Notes: generated by a model from the sequence alone, not told the origin. DNA of 64,000 nucleotides from Casimicrobiaceae bacterium (GCA_035605875.1 DATNGN010000020.1:836-64835); one strand, 5' to 3'; positions 37,959 to 48,547 are shown, numbered from the stretch's first letter. Translations and numbers: made by a program.

Positions 37959-38291
37959 TCAGTCGCCGCTTCGCATCAGGCGCCCGAGCAGATAACCGAT
38001 CGCGGCCGCAATGCCGATGGCCACCATCGGACGCGCGGTGACCTGGTCGGTCATGGCGTCGACCAGCGCACTGTTGCGATCGCGCAGCGCCGAGGCCTTG
38101 TCCGCCGCCCAGTCGAGTCCGGCCTTCGCCGATTCGGCGGCCGAGTCGACGCCGCGGCGTGCGCTATCCGTGACCTTGTCCATGCCGGACGACGCCGTCT
38201 GCGCGGCACGATCGAGGTAATCCTGGGCGCGATCGCTCGCGTCCTGAACGCGCGATTTACCCGTTTCCAACTTCGCGGTGGTTTCTGCCAT
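37959..38291 (-). CDS. DUF883 / ElaB-YqjD family tail-anchored protein
   Basis: Ala-rich helical body and C-terminal RPMVAIGIAAAIGYLLGRL. Confidence 0.88.
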   Translation of the reverse strand: MAETTAKLETGKSRVQDASDRAQDYLDRAAQTASSGMDKVTDSARRGVDSAAESAKAGLDWAADKASALRDRNSALVDAMTDQVTARPMVAIGIAAAIGYLLGRLMRSGD

Positions 38292-38405
38292 GATCTTCTC
38301 CGTATTCGCCGTCGCGGCTCATTGAGAATGCGCGCACGTCGCGCCCCCGGTTATCGGACGCGGCCGCGATTTCGCGTAGGCGATCGACCGACACTCGTCT
38401 GCGCC

Positions 38406-38443
38406 GTCGATATTGTCCTCCGCGGTCGATATTGGTTCCGCGG
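38406..38443. repeat. Tandem direct repeat in a divergent intergenic region
   Basis: GTCGATATTG at 38406 and 38425, each followed by TCCGCGG. Confidence 0.6.
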
Positions 38444-38532
38444 CTGACGGCACGAGTGCCCGTCGCCGCGTTCGCCGGGTGCGACACGTTGGCGAGCGCC
38501 GAACTTCGCGCAGGCACCTCATTCAAATCCGC

Positions 38533-39081
38533 ATGGCCGATCAAATCGTCGTTGGAATGTACGATTCGCGTGCGGATGCCGAAGCCGCGCGGGCGCGGTT
38601 GATCGCGGAGGGCGTGCGCGAGGACCGCATCCACGTCGAAGTGGGCGCAGCGCCCGGCGAGATCCCGATGCCGCCGCAGGATCGATTCGCGATGCGCGAA
38701 GTGGACGAGCCGCTGCCCGAGGACCGCGGTGTGTCCGGCTTCATCTCGCGGATGTTCAGCGGCGTGCTGATGGACGACGCGAACGTCGAGAAGTACACGC
38801 AGGGACTGCGCAACGGGCGCTCGATCGTCGCGGTCCGCGTCGAGTCCGACGACAAGCGCCGCGTCGCGTCCACAATCCTCGAGCGCGGTGGGCCGCGCAT
38901 CTATTCGCTCCCCAACGCGCCGACGGCGTGGAACGAGGCGAGCGCCAACGACCCGGCGAGCATCGGCGGTGTCGACGACGACCCGGCGCGACCGGAGGGC
39001 TTGCTCACCGATGCCGAGGGACTGCCGGTCGACGCCGACGAGGCACGCCTCGGGAACGCATCGAAGACGCGCAACCGCTGA
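38533..39081 (+). CDS. Hypothetical general-stress-type protein
   Basis: IVVGMYDSRADAEAARARL, GFISRMF, YTQGLRNGRSIVAV; same pattern as the 25408 protein. Confidence 0.75.
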   Translation: MADQIVVGMYDSRADAEAARARLIAEGVREDRIHVEVGAAPGEIPMPPQDRFAMREVDEPLPEDRGVSGFISRMFSGVLMDDANVEKYTQGLRNGRSIVAVRVESDDKRRVASTILERGGPRIYSLPNAPTAWNEASANDPASIGGVDDDPARPEGLLTDAEGLPVDADEARLGNASKTRNR

Positions 39082-39172
39082 CGCCGACGCCTTTTCAAGC
39101 GCCCGGCCGCACGAGTATCCTCACAACGAGCGCCGCCTTCCGCGACGCGACCCCTGAACGAGAGGACGCGCC

Positions 39173-39598
39173 ATGCCGCTTCGCTCACTGCGCTCGATCA
39201 TTGCCGGTCATCCACCGATCGAAGCGCCGTCGATCACGACCGTCGTCGAGGCGGCCCGCGTGATGAAGCGCGAGAACGTCGGCGCGATGCTCGTCGTCGA
39301 TCACGGCCGGCTGATCGGCATCTTCACCGAGCGCGACGCGCTGTTTCGCCTGCTTGCCGAAGGACGCGATCCGCATGCGACGCGCCTTGCCGACGTGATG
39401 ACGCCGCGGCCACAGACGATCCACCCCGACGAGCCGTTCCTGCGCGCGCTGCGAATGATGCACGAGGGGAAGTTCCGCCATTTGCCGGTCGTCGAGTTCG
39501 ACCGGCCGCTCGGCGTCGTGTCGGTGCGCGATGCGCTGGACGAGGATCTCTACGAACTGCGCATCGATCTCGAGCAGCGCGAGACGATGGGCGAGTAG
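39173..39598 (+). CDS. CBS domain pair protein
   Basis: VGAMLVVD, GIFTERD, VMTPRP, FRHLPVV and GVVSVRD. Confidence 0.93.
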   Translation: MPLRSLRSIIAGHPPIEAPSITTVVEAARVMKRENVGAMLVVDHGRLIGIFTERDALFRLLAEGRDPHATRLADVMTPRPQTIHPDEPFLRALRMMHEGKFRHLPVVEFDRPLGVVSVRDALDEDLYELRIDLEQRETMGE

Positions 39599-39630
39599 CC
39601 GGCCTTTCGAACCAATCACCAGGAGACGCG

Positions 39631-39840
39631 ATGGCTGCGCATACCTACAAGCTGATCGAACTCGTCGGCACGTCGCCGACGAGCACCGACGAAGCGATCC
39701 GGAACGCGATTCAGAAGGCGTCGGTCACCATCAAGCACATCGACTGGTACCAGGTGATCGAATCGCGCGGCCACGTCGAGAACGGCCGCGTCGCGCACTA
39801 TCAAGTGTCGCTGAAAGTCGGCTTCCGCATCGAAGACTGA
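39631..39840 (+). CDS. Dodecin (flavin-binding)
   Basis: YKLIELVGTS, WYQVIESRG and YQVSLKVGF. Confidence 0.95.
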   Translation: MAAHTYKLIELVGTSPTSTDEAIRNAIQKASVTIKHIDWYQVIESRGHVENGRVAHYQVSLKVGFRIED

Positions 39841-39872
39841 CCCCGTTCGCGGCCGGCTCCATTCGCGCCGAA

Positions 39873-39941
39873 GGGCCGCCCCGAGGCGCGAATTCCGACC
39901 CCGGGGGGCAGCGCAGCGGCGATAGCCGCAAGCGTGGGGGG
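39873..39941. repeat. Probable betaproteobacterial intergenic repeat element (single copy here)
   Basis: GGGCCGCCCC...CCCCGGGGGGCAGCGCAG...GCAAGCGTGGGGG between convergent genes; resembles, from memory, a Burkholderiales dispersed repeat. Confidence 0.5.
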
Positions 39942-39947
39942 ATCAGA

Positions 39948-42377
39948 TCAAACCATGAGCTTGCGCAGCGTGTCGGGGTTGCTGATGATCGACTTGCGCC
40001 GCTCGGGCGGCGCATCGTAGAGGCCCGCCGGCGGGTTCGTCTCGAGGCGCGCGCGCAGGCCGTCGGCGCAGCGCGCGTCGAACACCACCTCGACGCGATC
40101 GCCGCCGCTCGCGCCGGCGCTGAAGCAGGTACTGCCGAGCTTCGCGTTCAGCGGGCGCAGGATGTCGCGGACGATCGCCTCGTTGCCCGTCCCCGGCACC
40201 ATTTCGACGTCGTAGGTTCGCGGATTGGCGGAGGACTCCGCGTTGACGTCGATCACGGACGGCAGCCCGGTCAGTTCGTGCACGAACAGCGCCTGCGTCG
40301 CTTCATCGGGCAGGCCGCCGACGACGAGCGACACCTTGCGCCCGCGCACGGGCACGTGCGTCAGGAAGAAGTCGCGGCTGAACTGGTCGGCGACGCTCGT
40401 GCCGATCGCGCGCAGTGCCGCTTCCTCGCTCGGGTAGCTGCCCGATGCCTTCGGCAGCGTCGTATTGAAGTAGATCTCCTCGCCGGTTGCGCGATCGGTG
40501 CATTTCACCGTCCACGACGCGAGCGCGTACTTGGTGATCGTCAATCCCGACGCCGGTAGCTTCGTCGAAAGCCTGCGGACGCTCGCTTCGCCACTGACGA
40601 TGAAATCGGCCTCGGCGGCGCTGCCACCGGGTGCAGGCGCCGCCTCGGTCCACGTGCGAAAGCCGAACGACTGGATGCGCTCCTTGACGACGTTCTCGGC
40701 GATCGGCGAGGGCGCGGCGCTGTCCGCGGGCGCGGCTTCGTCGCGTACGGTGATCCGCACGGCAATCCGCGGGTCGCCGCTCGCGCGAATCAGTTGCACG
40801 CGCTCCTCGCGGGACATCTGGTCGACCGCCCGCCGCACTGCGTCGACGTCGACGAGCGCCTGCGTCGTGACCGACATGAGGCCGTCCTTGCCGATCGACG
40901 GCGCGCTCTGCTGCACCACCTTGCCGATGAAGCTGTCGCTTTGCGAAAGCACGCGCGACTGCAGCAGATCGTAATGACTCGCGAACGAGTCGCGGTCGAG
41001 CATAAGCATCAGCGTCTTGGCGATGAGTTGGCTGCGCGAATCGGCGCGCACGTCGGCTTGCAGCAGCGAGCGGTCGGTCGCGTAGCGCGCGTTGCTCGGA
41101 TCGGCGAGACCGACGGCCGTGATCAGAAGCTTGCCGGGCGGCGGCGCCGCTGCTGGCGCGGGCGCGGCTGCTGCGCCGGGAGTTGCTCCCGTCGGCGACG
41201 CCGCGGCGACATGCGTCGGGGCCGGCGTGACGGGTTGAGTCGGCGTCGTTGCCGCTTGCTGCGCCGCCGGAGCGACGCCGGCCGTTGCCGGCGCCTTCGC
41301 CTGCAACGTCGCGGTGACGCTGTCGCGCGGGAACAGCCACCAGGTTGCCGCGAGCGCGATGATGCCGATCCCCGCAACGCCGGCGACGATCGTGAATGCG
41401 CTGCGCGACTTCGCGCGCGTCGCATCGGCGATCGGCAATGGCGCCGGCGCCGCAGGAGCGGCCGTCGCCGGCGGCGTGGCTGCGGCGGGCGACGGCCGCG
41501 GTGGCGGCGGCGCTTCGGGCATCGGCGCGACAACCGTCGCCTCGGGGTCCTGACGTGCCACGGTGGTTCGTACCGCGCCCTGCAGCGCCTGCGCGAAATC
41601 GTGCGCGGTCGCATAGCGATCCTCGGGCCGCTTCGCGAGCGCCTTGCGCACGACCGCATCGATCGCCGGCGGCAGCTGCACGTTGAGCGTCGACGGCGGC
41701 AGCGGATCCTCCTTCAGCACCTTCTGCATCGTCGTCGTCGACGAGCCCGCGAACGGACGCTCGCCGGTCACGAACTGGTAGAGGATGACGCCGGCCGCGA
41801 AAAGATCGCTGCGCCCGTCGACCGGCAAGCCCATGATCTGCTCGGGCGACATGTAGTTCGGCGTGCCGACGACGGTGCCGACCTGCGTCAGGTTCGACGA
41901 CTCGAGGTGCGCGATGCCGAAATCGGCGACCTTCACGCCGCCGCTGTCGAGCAGGAAGATGTTCGCGGGCTTGACGTCGCGGTGGACGACGCCCTGCTTG
42001 TGCGAGTAGTCGAGCGCCTCGAGGATCGCCGTCATGATCCGTTCGATGTCGGCCATGCGGAAGCGCTCGTTCGCCGCGAAGCAGTCCTTGAGCTCGCGTC
42101 CCTCGACGAATTCCATCGCGATGAACGCGGTGCCCGCGTCGTCGTCGAATTCGTAGATTGCGACGATGTTCGGATGATTGAGGCGCCCGGCCGCCTGCGC
42201 CTCGCGGCGGAAGCGGGCGATCATGTCGGCGGCGCGCTCGCCGTCGAGCTGATCGGGCCGGATCGTCTTCAGCGCGACGCGCCGCTTGATCAGCGGGTCG
42301 TAGGCTTCGTAGACGATGCCCATCGCGCCGCGCGCGAGCTCGCGGCGGATCTCATACTTTCCGAGCTGATCGATCAT
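39948..42377 (-). CDS. Membrane Ser/Thr (Hanks) protein kinase with large extracytoplasmic domain
   Basis: LARGAMGIVY, VALK, HRDVKPAN, DFG, GTPNYMSPEQ; Pro/Ala linker; TM helix; C-terminal domain of about 400 aa. Confidence 0.95.
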   Translation of the reverse strand: MIDQLGKYEIRRELARGAMGIVYEAYDPLIKRRVALKTIRPDQLDGERAADMIARFRREAQAAGRLNHPNIVAIYEFDDDAGTAFIAMEFVEGRELKDCFAANERFRMADIERIMTAILEALDYSHKQGVVHRDVKPANIFLLDSGGVKVADFGIAHLESSNLTQVGTVVGTPNYMSPEQIMGLPVDGRSDLFAAGVILYQFVTGERPFAGSSTTTMQKVLKEDPLPPSTLNVQLPPAIDAVVRKALAKRPEDRYATAHDFAQALQGAVRTTVARQDPEATVVAPMPEAPPPPRPSPAAATPPATAAPAAPAPLPIADATRAKSRSAFTIVAGVAGIGIIALAATWWLFPRDSVTATLQAKAPATAGVAPAAQQAATTPTQPVTPAPTHVAAASPTGATPGAAAAPAPAAAPPPGKLLITAVGLADPSNARYATDRSLLQADVRADSRSQLIAKTLMLMLDRDSFASHYDLLQSRVLSQSDSFIGKVVQQSAPSIGKDGLMSVTTQALVDVDAVRRAVDQMSREERVQLIRASGDPRIAVRITVRDEAAPADSAAPSPIAENVVKERIQSFGFRTWTEAAPAPGGSAAEADFIVSGEASVRRLSTKLPASGLTITKYALASWTVKCTDRATGEEIYFNTTLPKASGSYPSEEAALRAIGTSVADQFSRDFFLTHVPVRGRKVSLVVGGLPDEATQALFVHELTGLPSVIDVNAESSANPRTYDVEMVPGTGNEAIVRDILRPLNAKLGSTCFSAGASGGDRVEVVFDARCADGLRARLETNPPAGLYDAPPERRKSIISNPDTLRKLMV

Positions 42378-42414
42378 GACACGCCCCCCAATGCACCGCG
42401 GCGCTGCGGGAACG

Positions 42415-43251
42415 CTACTTGTACTTGCTGTCGATCTCCCATACCGACTTCTGCACGAGTCGCTGCACCATCGTGTCGAGCGAGACGCCGCCTTGCTGCG
42501 ACTGCGACACGCCGAGCACCGACGACGATTTGGCGCCGACCTCCATCTTCTCCTCGGTGTAGCCCTGCGCAACCTGCTCGGTCGTCTCGGCGTTGATGAT
42601 CTTGTAGCGCATGCCGATGACCCAGACGCCGGTCGATTCGCCGGTATGCACCGACCCGACCGCTGCCTGGCCGACCGCGCCGGCGCGTGCGCCTCCGAGC
42701 GACCCGCTGAACATGCCGAGCGCACCGGCAATGTTGCCGATCGCGCGTCCGTCGAAGCCCTGCTGCGCGGCGGCGACCTGCTCGGTCTTCAGGATGTCGA
42801 ACTTGACGACGTACTTCGTGCTCTTGAGCTTGCCCATGCCGAGGAGCTTCCGCGCCTCCTGCGGATCGCCGAGGTTGTACGCGAGTTCGAACTCCCTGAG
42901 CACGGGTCCGAGATCGGCGCGCTCGAGCACCTTGAAGTTGGCGTTCGAAAGCTCGAGCTCGCCGTAGTCGGCGATGTTGTTCGCGGTGAACTTCTGCAGG
43001 AACGTCGCGTTGTTGCTCTTGATCTCGCCGGGGATCACGACCAGCGCCGGTCCGCGCTTGTTCTTGTTGACGTATTCGACGGGCCTGTACATCCCCTGGT
43101 CGGCGGATGCGTTCGCGCGCTGCGACGTGTCGCTGCCCGCCGTCGGCGACGGGTTGCCGAACGTCGGCTGCGCGAGGCTGGCGACGCTCGCGACGGCGAG
43201 CGCTGCGCCGACGAGCGGCGGTACGAGGCGGATTGCACTGCGGCGGTTCAT
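42415..43251 (-). CDS. CsgG/HfaB-like exported protein
   Basis: Signal peptide, FKVLERADL..VLREFEL, Gly-rich hairpin, MRYKIINAETTEQV. Confidence 0.75.
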   Translation of the reverse strand: MNRRSAIRLVPPLVGAALAVASVASLAQPTFGNPSPTAGSDTSQRANASADQGMYRPVEYVNKNKRGPALVVIPGEIKSNNATFLQKFTANNIADYGELELSNANFKVLERADLGPVLREFELAYNLGDPQEARKLLGMGKLKSTKYVVKFDILKTEQVAAAQQGFDGRAIGNIAGALGMFSGSLGGARAGAVGQAAVGSVHTGESTGVWVIGMRYKIINAETTEQVAQGYTEEKMEVGAKSSSVLGVSQSQQGGVSLDTMVQRLVQKSVWEIDSKYK

Positions 43252-43309
43252 TCGTAATGCTCCTGTCGTCGAGTCAAGGCGCTTTGCATCGTGCGCGATG
43301 CGCCGATGG

Positions 43310-43978
43310 TCATTTGTGCGCGGACGCATTGCGGCAGTAGTCGCCGTAGAGCTTGGCGACCACTTCGTCCACGTGTTCGTCGATCAGCGTCTGCGCCATG
43401 CGCCGTACGTCGGCGCCGGCGTACGAGCTGGCGGTGGCGTCGGTGTCGGAGATCACGCGGCCATTGCTTGCGCTCAACGTGAACCCCATGTTCACCGAAA
43501 CCTGGTTCACCCTCATCATCGGATTGCGCATGGCCTCGGACGAAATCAGTCCGCGCAGCACGAAGCTCGCGCCAAGCCGACGCGAGGCCGACAGCGCCGC
43601 ATCGGGGTCGTTCCTGAAGTATGCGTCGATCTCGGCCTGCGCGATCTGCGCGCGGATCTGTTCGGGCGTGTAGGTGCGCAGACCGAGCGCCTGCAATCGC
43701 CGGTTGATCGCGCGGTAATGCGGACCGTAATTCTGCTGCTGCGCTTCGATCACGCCGCTCGGCTCGCGCTCGCCGATGATGACCATGATCTTCTTGTTCT
43801 TGAGGTCGGCACGGCACGGCGCCGACAGTTCGTACGCGATGCGCGCGTCGCGCGCGGCCGCCTCGCGTGCCGCGCTGTCGTCGGGGGGGTCCGAAAAGCG
43901 AAAATCCTGCGCGCAAGCGACGCCCGTCGCGATTGCCGCCAGCAACGCCAACAGCGCCTTCGCTCTCCCTCGTTTCAT
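43310..43978 (-). CDS. Exported hypothetical protein (CsgG/FlgT/TolB-N-like alpha/beta fold)
   Basis: Signal peptide ending ACA-Q; KKIMVIIGE, RRLGASFVLRG, ASNGRVIS; two Cys. Confidence 0.7.
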   Translation of the reverse strand: MKRGRAKALLALLAAIATGVACAQDFRFSDPPDDSAAREAAARDARIAYELSAPCRADLKNKKIMVIIGEREPSGVIEAQQQNYGPHYRAINRRLQALGLRTYTPEQIRAQIAQAEIDAYFRNDPDAALSASRRLGASFVLRGLISSEAMRNPMMRVNQVSVNMGFTLSASNGRVISDTDATASSYAGADVRRMAQTLIDEHVDEVVAKLYGDYCRNASAHK

Positions 43979-44098
43979 GCTTTTTTTGGCGGGGTCGGGA
44001 AGAGCGAAGATTAGCCCAACGCCTCCCCGAAATCCACACGAATAATCGCGTCGCCGCCGGACGGCGGAACGCCTGTCGCAACAGTGAGAAAATGTGTC

Positions 44099-47000
44099 AT
44101 GGACACTCTGTTTCATCCCGCCGTCGCCGCGTGGTTCGCGAAGTCGTTCGCCGGTCCGACCGAGGCGCAGGCACGCGCGTGGCGCGAGATCGCGAGCGGA
44201 CGTGACGCGCTGATCGCCGCGCCGACCGGATCGGGCAAGACGCTGGCCGCCTTCCTCGCCGCGATCGACACGCTGGTCCGCCGCGGCGCCGATGCGCCGC
44301 TGCCCGACGAGACGTTCGTGGTCTACGTCTCGCCGTTGAAGGCGCTGTCGAACGACATCCGGAAGAACCTGCAGGCGCCGCTCGATGGCATCCGCGCCGA
44401 ACTCGCGGCTCGCGGCCTGCCCGATGTCGACATCCGCACGCTCGTACGCACCGGCGATACGCCGCAGGCCGAGCGGGCCGGCATGCGGAAGCGTCCGCCG
44501 CATATCGTCGTCACGACACCCGAATCGCTGTACGTGCTGCTCGGTTCCGAATCGGGTCGCGCGATGCTCGCAACGACGCGCACCGTGATCGTCGACGAGA
44601 TCCACGCGCTCGCGTCGAACAAGCGGGGCAGCCATCTCGCGCTGTCGCTTGCGCGCCTCGACGCACTCGTCGCCTTGCCGCTGACGAAGATCGGCCTTTC
44701 GGCGACGCAGAAGCCGATCGAGGAGGTCGCGCGCTTCCTGGTGGGAATGCCCCCTCGCCGCAGCCCTCTCCCCGCGAGCGGGGAGAGGGTGCCGAGCGAA
44801 CGCGAGGCGGGTGAGCGGCCGCGGACGCTTGCGTGTTCGATTATCGACACGGGGCACGTCCGTGCGCGCGACCTCGCGCTCGAAGTGCCGCCGTCGCCGC
44901 TCGAAGCCGTCATGTCGAACGAGGTCTGGCTCACGCTTTACGCGCGGCTCGCCGAGTTGATCGCCGAGCACCGCACGACGCTCGTGTTCGTCAACACGCG
45001 TCGCATGTCCGAGCGGGTGACGCGGCATCTGTCCGAGTTGCTCGGCGCGGCGCACGTGATGGCGCACCACGGCAGCATGGCGAAGGAGCTGCGCCTTGCC
45101 GCCGAGGAGCGCCTGAAGCGCGGCGAGCTGAAAGCGCTCGTCGCCACCGCATCGCTCGAACTCGGCATCGACATCGGCGACGTCGACCTCGTCTGCCAGC
45201 TGGGCTCGCCGCGATCGATTTCGACGTTCCTGCAACGCGCGGGGCGCGCGAGCCATACGGTGCGCGGCGTGCCGAAGGCACGGCTCTTTCCGCTGTCGCG
45301 CGACGAGCTCGTCGAATGCACGGCGCTGCTCGATTCGGTGCGCCGCGGCGAGCTCGATCGCCTGACGATTCCGGCGAAGCCGCTCGACGTGCTCGCCCAG
45401 CAGATCGTCGCCGAGGTGGCCGCGCGCGACTGGCCCGAACGCGCGCTGTACGAGGCGTTCGTCCGCGCGTACCCGTATGCGACGCTCGCTTACGCCGAAT
45501 ATCTGGACGTCGTGCGCACGCTCGCCGACGGGTACACGACGCGTCATGGCCCGCGCGGTGCATGGCTGCATCGTGACGCCGTGAACGGCGTGCTGCGCGC
45601 GCGGCGCGGGGCGCGGATGACCGCCTTGACGTCGGGTGGCGCCATTCCCGACAACGCCGACTACGACGTGATTCTCGAGCCGGCGGGACAGATGGTCGGC
45701 ACGGTCAACGAGGACTTCGCGGTCGAAAGCCTCGCCGGCGACGTGTTCCAGCTCGGCAACACCTCCTACCGGATTCGCCGCATCGAAGCCGGGCGGGTGC
45801 GCGTCGAGGATGCGCAGGGGCAGGCGCCGAGCATTCCGTTCTGGCTCGGCGAAGCGCCGGCGCGAAGCGACGAGCTGTCGCATGCCGTGTCGCGGTTGCG
45901 AAGCGAGCTGTTCGACGCGCCCGCGAACGCGCAGACGGCGCTCGCCACGCTCGCCGCGCGCGACGTCGACGAAGGCGCCGCGCAACAGCTCGTCGACTAT
46001 CTCGCGGGCGCCCACGGCGTGCTCGGGACGCTGCCGACGCAGAACAGGGTCGTGTTCGAACGCTTCTTCGACGAATCGGGCGGCATGCAGCTCGTGATCC
46101 ACGCGCCGTTCGGGAGCCGCATCAACCGCGCGTGGGGCCTCGCACTGCGCAAGCGCTTCTGCGTCCGGTTCAACTTCGAGCTGCAGGCGGCGGCCACCGA
46201 AGATGCGATCGTGCTGTCGCTGTCGACGTCGCACAGCTTCGCGCTCGCCGACGTCGCGCGGTACCTGCATTCGCAAAGCGTCCGCGCGGTGCTGGTGCAG
46301 GCGATGCTCGCGTCGCCGATGCTGACCGCGCGCTGGCGCTGGATCGCGAGCACGTCGCTCGCGTTGCCGCGTTTTCGCGGCGGCAAGAAGGTGCCCGCGC
46401 CGCTGATGCGAATGCGCGCCGACGACCTGATGGCCGCGGTGTTCCCCGATCAGCTTGCGTGCGCCGACAACATCGCCGGCGATCGGGAGATTCCCGATCA
46501 TCCGCTCGTGCGGCAGCTCGTCGACGATTGCCTGCACGAGGCGATGGACATCGACGGCCTGGAGCAGGTCTTGCGCCGCATCGAGGCCGGCGACATCGAA
46601 ATCGTCGCCCGCGACGTGCCGGCGCCGTCGCCGCTCGCGATGGAAATCCTGAACGCGCGTCCGTATGCGTACCTCGATGACGCGCCGCTCGAGGAACGGC
46701 GCACGCAGGCCGTCATGGCGCGCCGCTGGGCGGACGACGATGCGGCGGGTAAGCTCGGTGCGCTCGATGCAGCCGCGATCGATCGCGTGCGCACGGAAGC
46801 GTGGCCGGAAGCGACGAGCGCCGACGAGATGCATGCGGCACTTCTCGCGCTCGGCTTCGTCACGCCTGCCGAGGCGGGGGCCAACGACGGCTGGGACCGC
46901 TTTCTCGCCGAGCTTGCCGACGATCGGCGTGCGACGCTCGTGCAGATACTCCCTCTCCCCGCGAGCGGGGAGAGGGCAGGGGTGAGGGGCGATATCGCTC

Positions 47001-48547
47001 GCTGGGTCGCCGCCGAGCGCCTGCCGCAGTTCGATGCCGTCTATCCCGATGCGCCGCGCACGCCGCCGATCGAGCCGCCGCGCGAATACGCCGAACGCGC
47101 CTGGTCGCGCGACGAGGCGATCGTCGAGCTCGTCCGCAGCCGCCTTTCGGGCCTCGGTCCCGTCACGGCCGATGCGCTCGCGCAATCGCTTGCGCTGCCG
47201 GCGAGCGACATCGAACCCGCGCTCGCGAGACTCGCCGGCGAAGGCGTCGCGATGCAGGGCACCTATTCGGCGGCTGCATCGACACCCGAGTGGTGCGATC
47301 GCACGCTGCTTGCGCGCATCCATCGCTACACGGTGAAGCGGTTGCGCCAGGAAATCGAGCCCGTGTCGACGCAGGATTTCGTCCGTTTCCTGTTCCGCTG
47401 GCAGCACGTTGCACCCGACGAGACGCGGCAGGGCCCGGACGCGCTCGACGCGATCATCGGCCAGCTGCAGGGCTTCGAAGCGCCGGCGGCCGCATGGGAG
47501 TCGGAGATCCTTCCGGCCCGGCTTGCCGACTACGATTTCACCTGGCTCGACGATCTGTGCCTCTCCGGTCGGGCGGTCTGGGCCCGGCTGACCCCGCCGT
47601 CGCCCGCCGCCACCGGCGGCGCGAACGTGATCCGCACGACGCCGGTGACGCTGCTGCCGCGCCGCAGCGCATCGATCTGGATGAGCGCAGCGGCCGCGAC
47701 CGCGACGATCGAGCATGCCGACAAGGCGGGGCCGCGCGCCCGCATCGTCGTCGACGTCCTGCGCGCGCACGGCGCATCGTTCTTCGACGAGATCGTCGAG
47801 GCGACGCACCTTCTGCGCACGAACGTCGAGGACGCACTCGCCGAGCTCGTCGCACTGGGCCTCGTGACGTCGGACAGCTTCTCGGGGCTGCGTGCGTTGC
47901 TGACGCCATCGTCGAAGCGCAAGCGGCAAGGCGGCGGGAAGCGATCACGGCGCAGCGCGCTGTTCGGCATCGAGGACGCCGGACGCTGGTCGCTTGCGCG
48001 GCGCGCGCCGAGGCCGGCGACCGACGCCCGGGCACGCGGCTGGACGCGCGACGATCCGACGCAGGAAACGGTCGAGCACATCGCGCACGCGCTGCTGCGT
48101 CGCTACGGCGTCGTCTCGTGGCGGATCCTGCAGCGCGAGGCGCCCTGGCTGCCGCCGTGGCGCGAGCTCTCGCGCGTGCTGCGCCGGCTCGAAGCGTGCG
48201 GCGACATTCGCGGCGGGCGGTTCGTCGCGAGCGTCACCGGCGAGCAGTTCGCGCTGCCGGACGCGGTCGCTCTTCTGCGCGAGACGCGCCGAAGCGCGGC
48301 TTCGGGCCAGTGGGTGTCGATCAGTGCCGCCGATCCGCTGAACGTCGTCGGCACGCTTCTGCCGGGCGCGAGAATCCCCGCGGTCACCGGCAACCGCATC
48401 CTCTACCGCGACGGTGTCGCGATCGCGGCGCTCGTCGCCGGCGAGATGCGCCCGTTGATTCCGCTCGACATGGCCGACGCGAATGCCGCCGAGCACGCGC
48501 TGATCCGGCGCCAGCCGGGGTCACCCCTTTTCGCGTACCTGCGCTGA
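44099..48547 (+). CDS. lhr: Large ATP-dependent helicase Lhr (long form)
   Basis: [49 protein letters not shown]; C-terminal [14 protein letters not shown]. Confidence 0.93.
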   Translation: MDTLFHPAVAAWFAKSFAGPTEAQARAWREIASGRDALIAAPTGSGKTLAAFLAAIDTLVRRGADAPLPDETFVVYVSPLKALSNDIRKNLQAPLDGIRAELAARGLPDVDIRTLVRTGDTPQAERAGMRKRPPHIVVTTPESLYVLLGSESGRAMLATTRTVIVDEIHALASNKRGSHLALSLARLDALVALPLTKIGLSATQKPIEEVARFLVGMPPRRSPLPASGERVPSEREAGERPRTLACSIIDTGHVRARDLALEVPPSPLEAVMSNEVWLTLYARLAELIAEHRTTLVFVNTRRMSERVTRHLSELLGAAHVMAHHGSMAKELRLAAEERLKRGELKALVATASLELGIDIGDVDLVCQLGSPRSISTFLQRAGRASHTVRGVPKARLFPLSRDELVECTALLDSVRRGELDRLTIPAKPLDVLAQQIVAEVAARDWPERALYEAFVRAYPYATLAYAEYLDVVRTLADGYTTRHGPRGAWLHRDAVNGVLRARRGARMTALTSGGAIPDNADYDVILEPAGQMVGTVNEDFAVESLAGDVFQLGNTSYRIRRIEAGRVRVEDAQGQAPSIPFWLGEAPARSDELSHAVSRLRSELFDAPANAQTALATLAARDVDEGAAQQLVDYLAGAHGVLGTLPTQNRVVFERFFDESGGMQLVIHAPFGSRINRAWGLALRKRFCVRFNFELQAAATEDAIVLSLSTSHSFALADVARYLHSQSVRAVLVQAMLASPMLTARWRWIASTSLALPRFRGGKKVPAPLMRMRADDLMAAVFPDQLACADNIAGDREIPDHPLVRQLVDDCLHEAMDIDGLEQVLRRIEAGDIEIVARDVPAPSPLAMEILNARPYAYLDDAPLEERRTQAVMARRWADDDAAGKLGALDAAAIDRVRTEAWPEATSADEMHAALLALGFVTPAEAGANDGWDRFLAELADDRRATLVQILPLPASGERAGVRGDIARWVAAERLPQFDAVYPDAPRTPPIEPPREYAERAWSRDEAIVELVRSRLSGLGPVTADALAQSLALPASDIEPALARLAGEGVAMQGTYSAAASTPEWCDRTLLARIHRYTVKRLRQEIEPVSTQDFVRFLFRWQHVAPDETRQGPDALDAIIGQLQGFEAPAAAWESEILPARLADYDFTWLDDLCLSGRAVWARLTPPSPAATGGANVIRTTPVTLLPRRSASIWMSAAAATATIEHADKAGPRARIVVDVLRAHGASFFDEIVEATHLLRTNVEDALAELVALGLVTSDSFSGLRALLTPSSKRKRQGGGKRSRRSALFGIEDAGRWSLARRAPRPATDARARGWTRDDPTQETVEHIAHALLRRYGVVSWRILQREAPWLPPWRELSRVLRRLEACGDIRGGRFVASVTGEQFALPDAVALLRETRRSAASGQWVSISAADPLNVVGTLLPGARIPAVTGNRILYRDGVAIAALVAGEMRPLIPLDMADANAAEHALIRRQPGSPLFAYLR
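44751..44818. repeat. Palindromic element in frame inside lhr (copy 1)
   Basis: Core CCCTCTCCCCGCGAGCGGGGAGAGGG (44764-44789); encodes [22 protein letters not shown]. Confidence 0.9.
46951..46989. repeat. Palindromic element in frame inside lhr (copy 2)
   Basis: Identical 26-bp core plus CAGGGGTGAGGGG; encodes [13 protein letters not shown]. Confidence 0.9.

Noticed and set aside
41130-41540. Pro/Ala-rich low-complexity DNA in the kinase gene
   Set aside because: Ordinary flexible linkers flanking the TM helix; no exact tandem unit
7827-46989. CRISPR or IS interpretation of the palindromic repeats
   Set aside because: Copies are dispersed over 39 kb with no spacers, cas genes, transposase or evident target-site duplications
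43310-47929. 1539-aa minus-strand ORF overlapping lhr
   Set aside because: Antisense shadow of a GC-rich gene with no recognisable motifs; only the last 222 codons (from the ATG at 43978) look like a real exported protein
44099-48547. Lhr as an anti-phage defence helicase
   Set aside because: Matches the ordinary long-form Lhr repair helicase and has no defence-type neighbours
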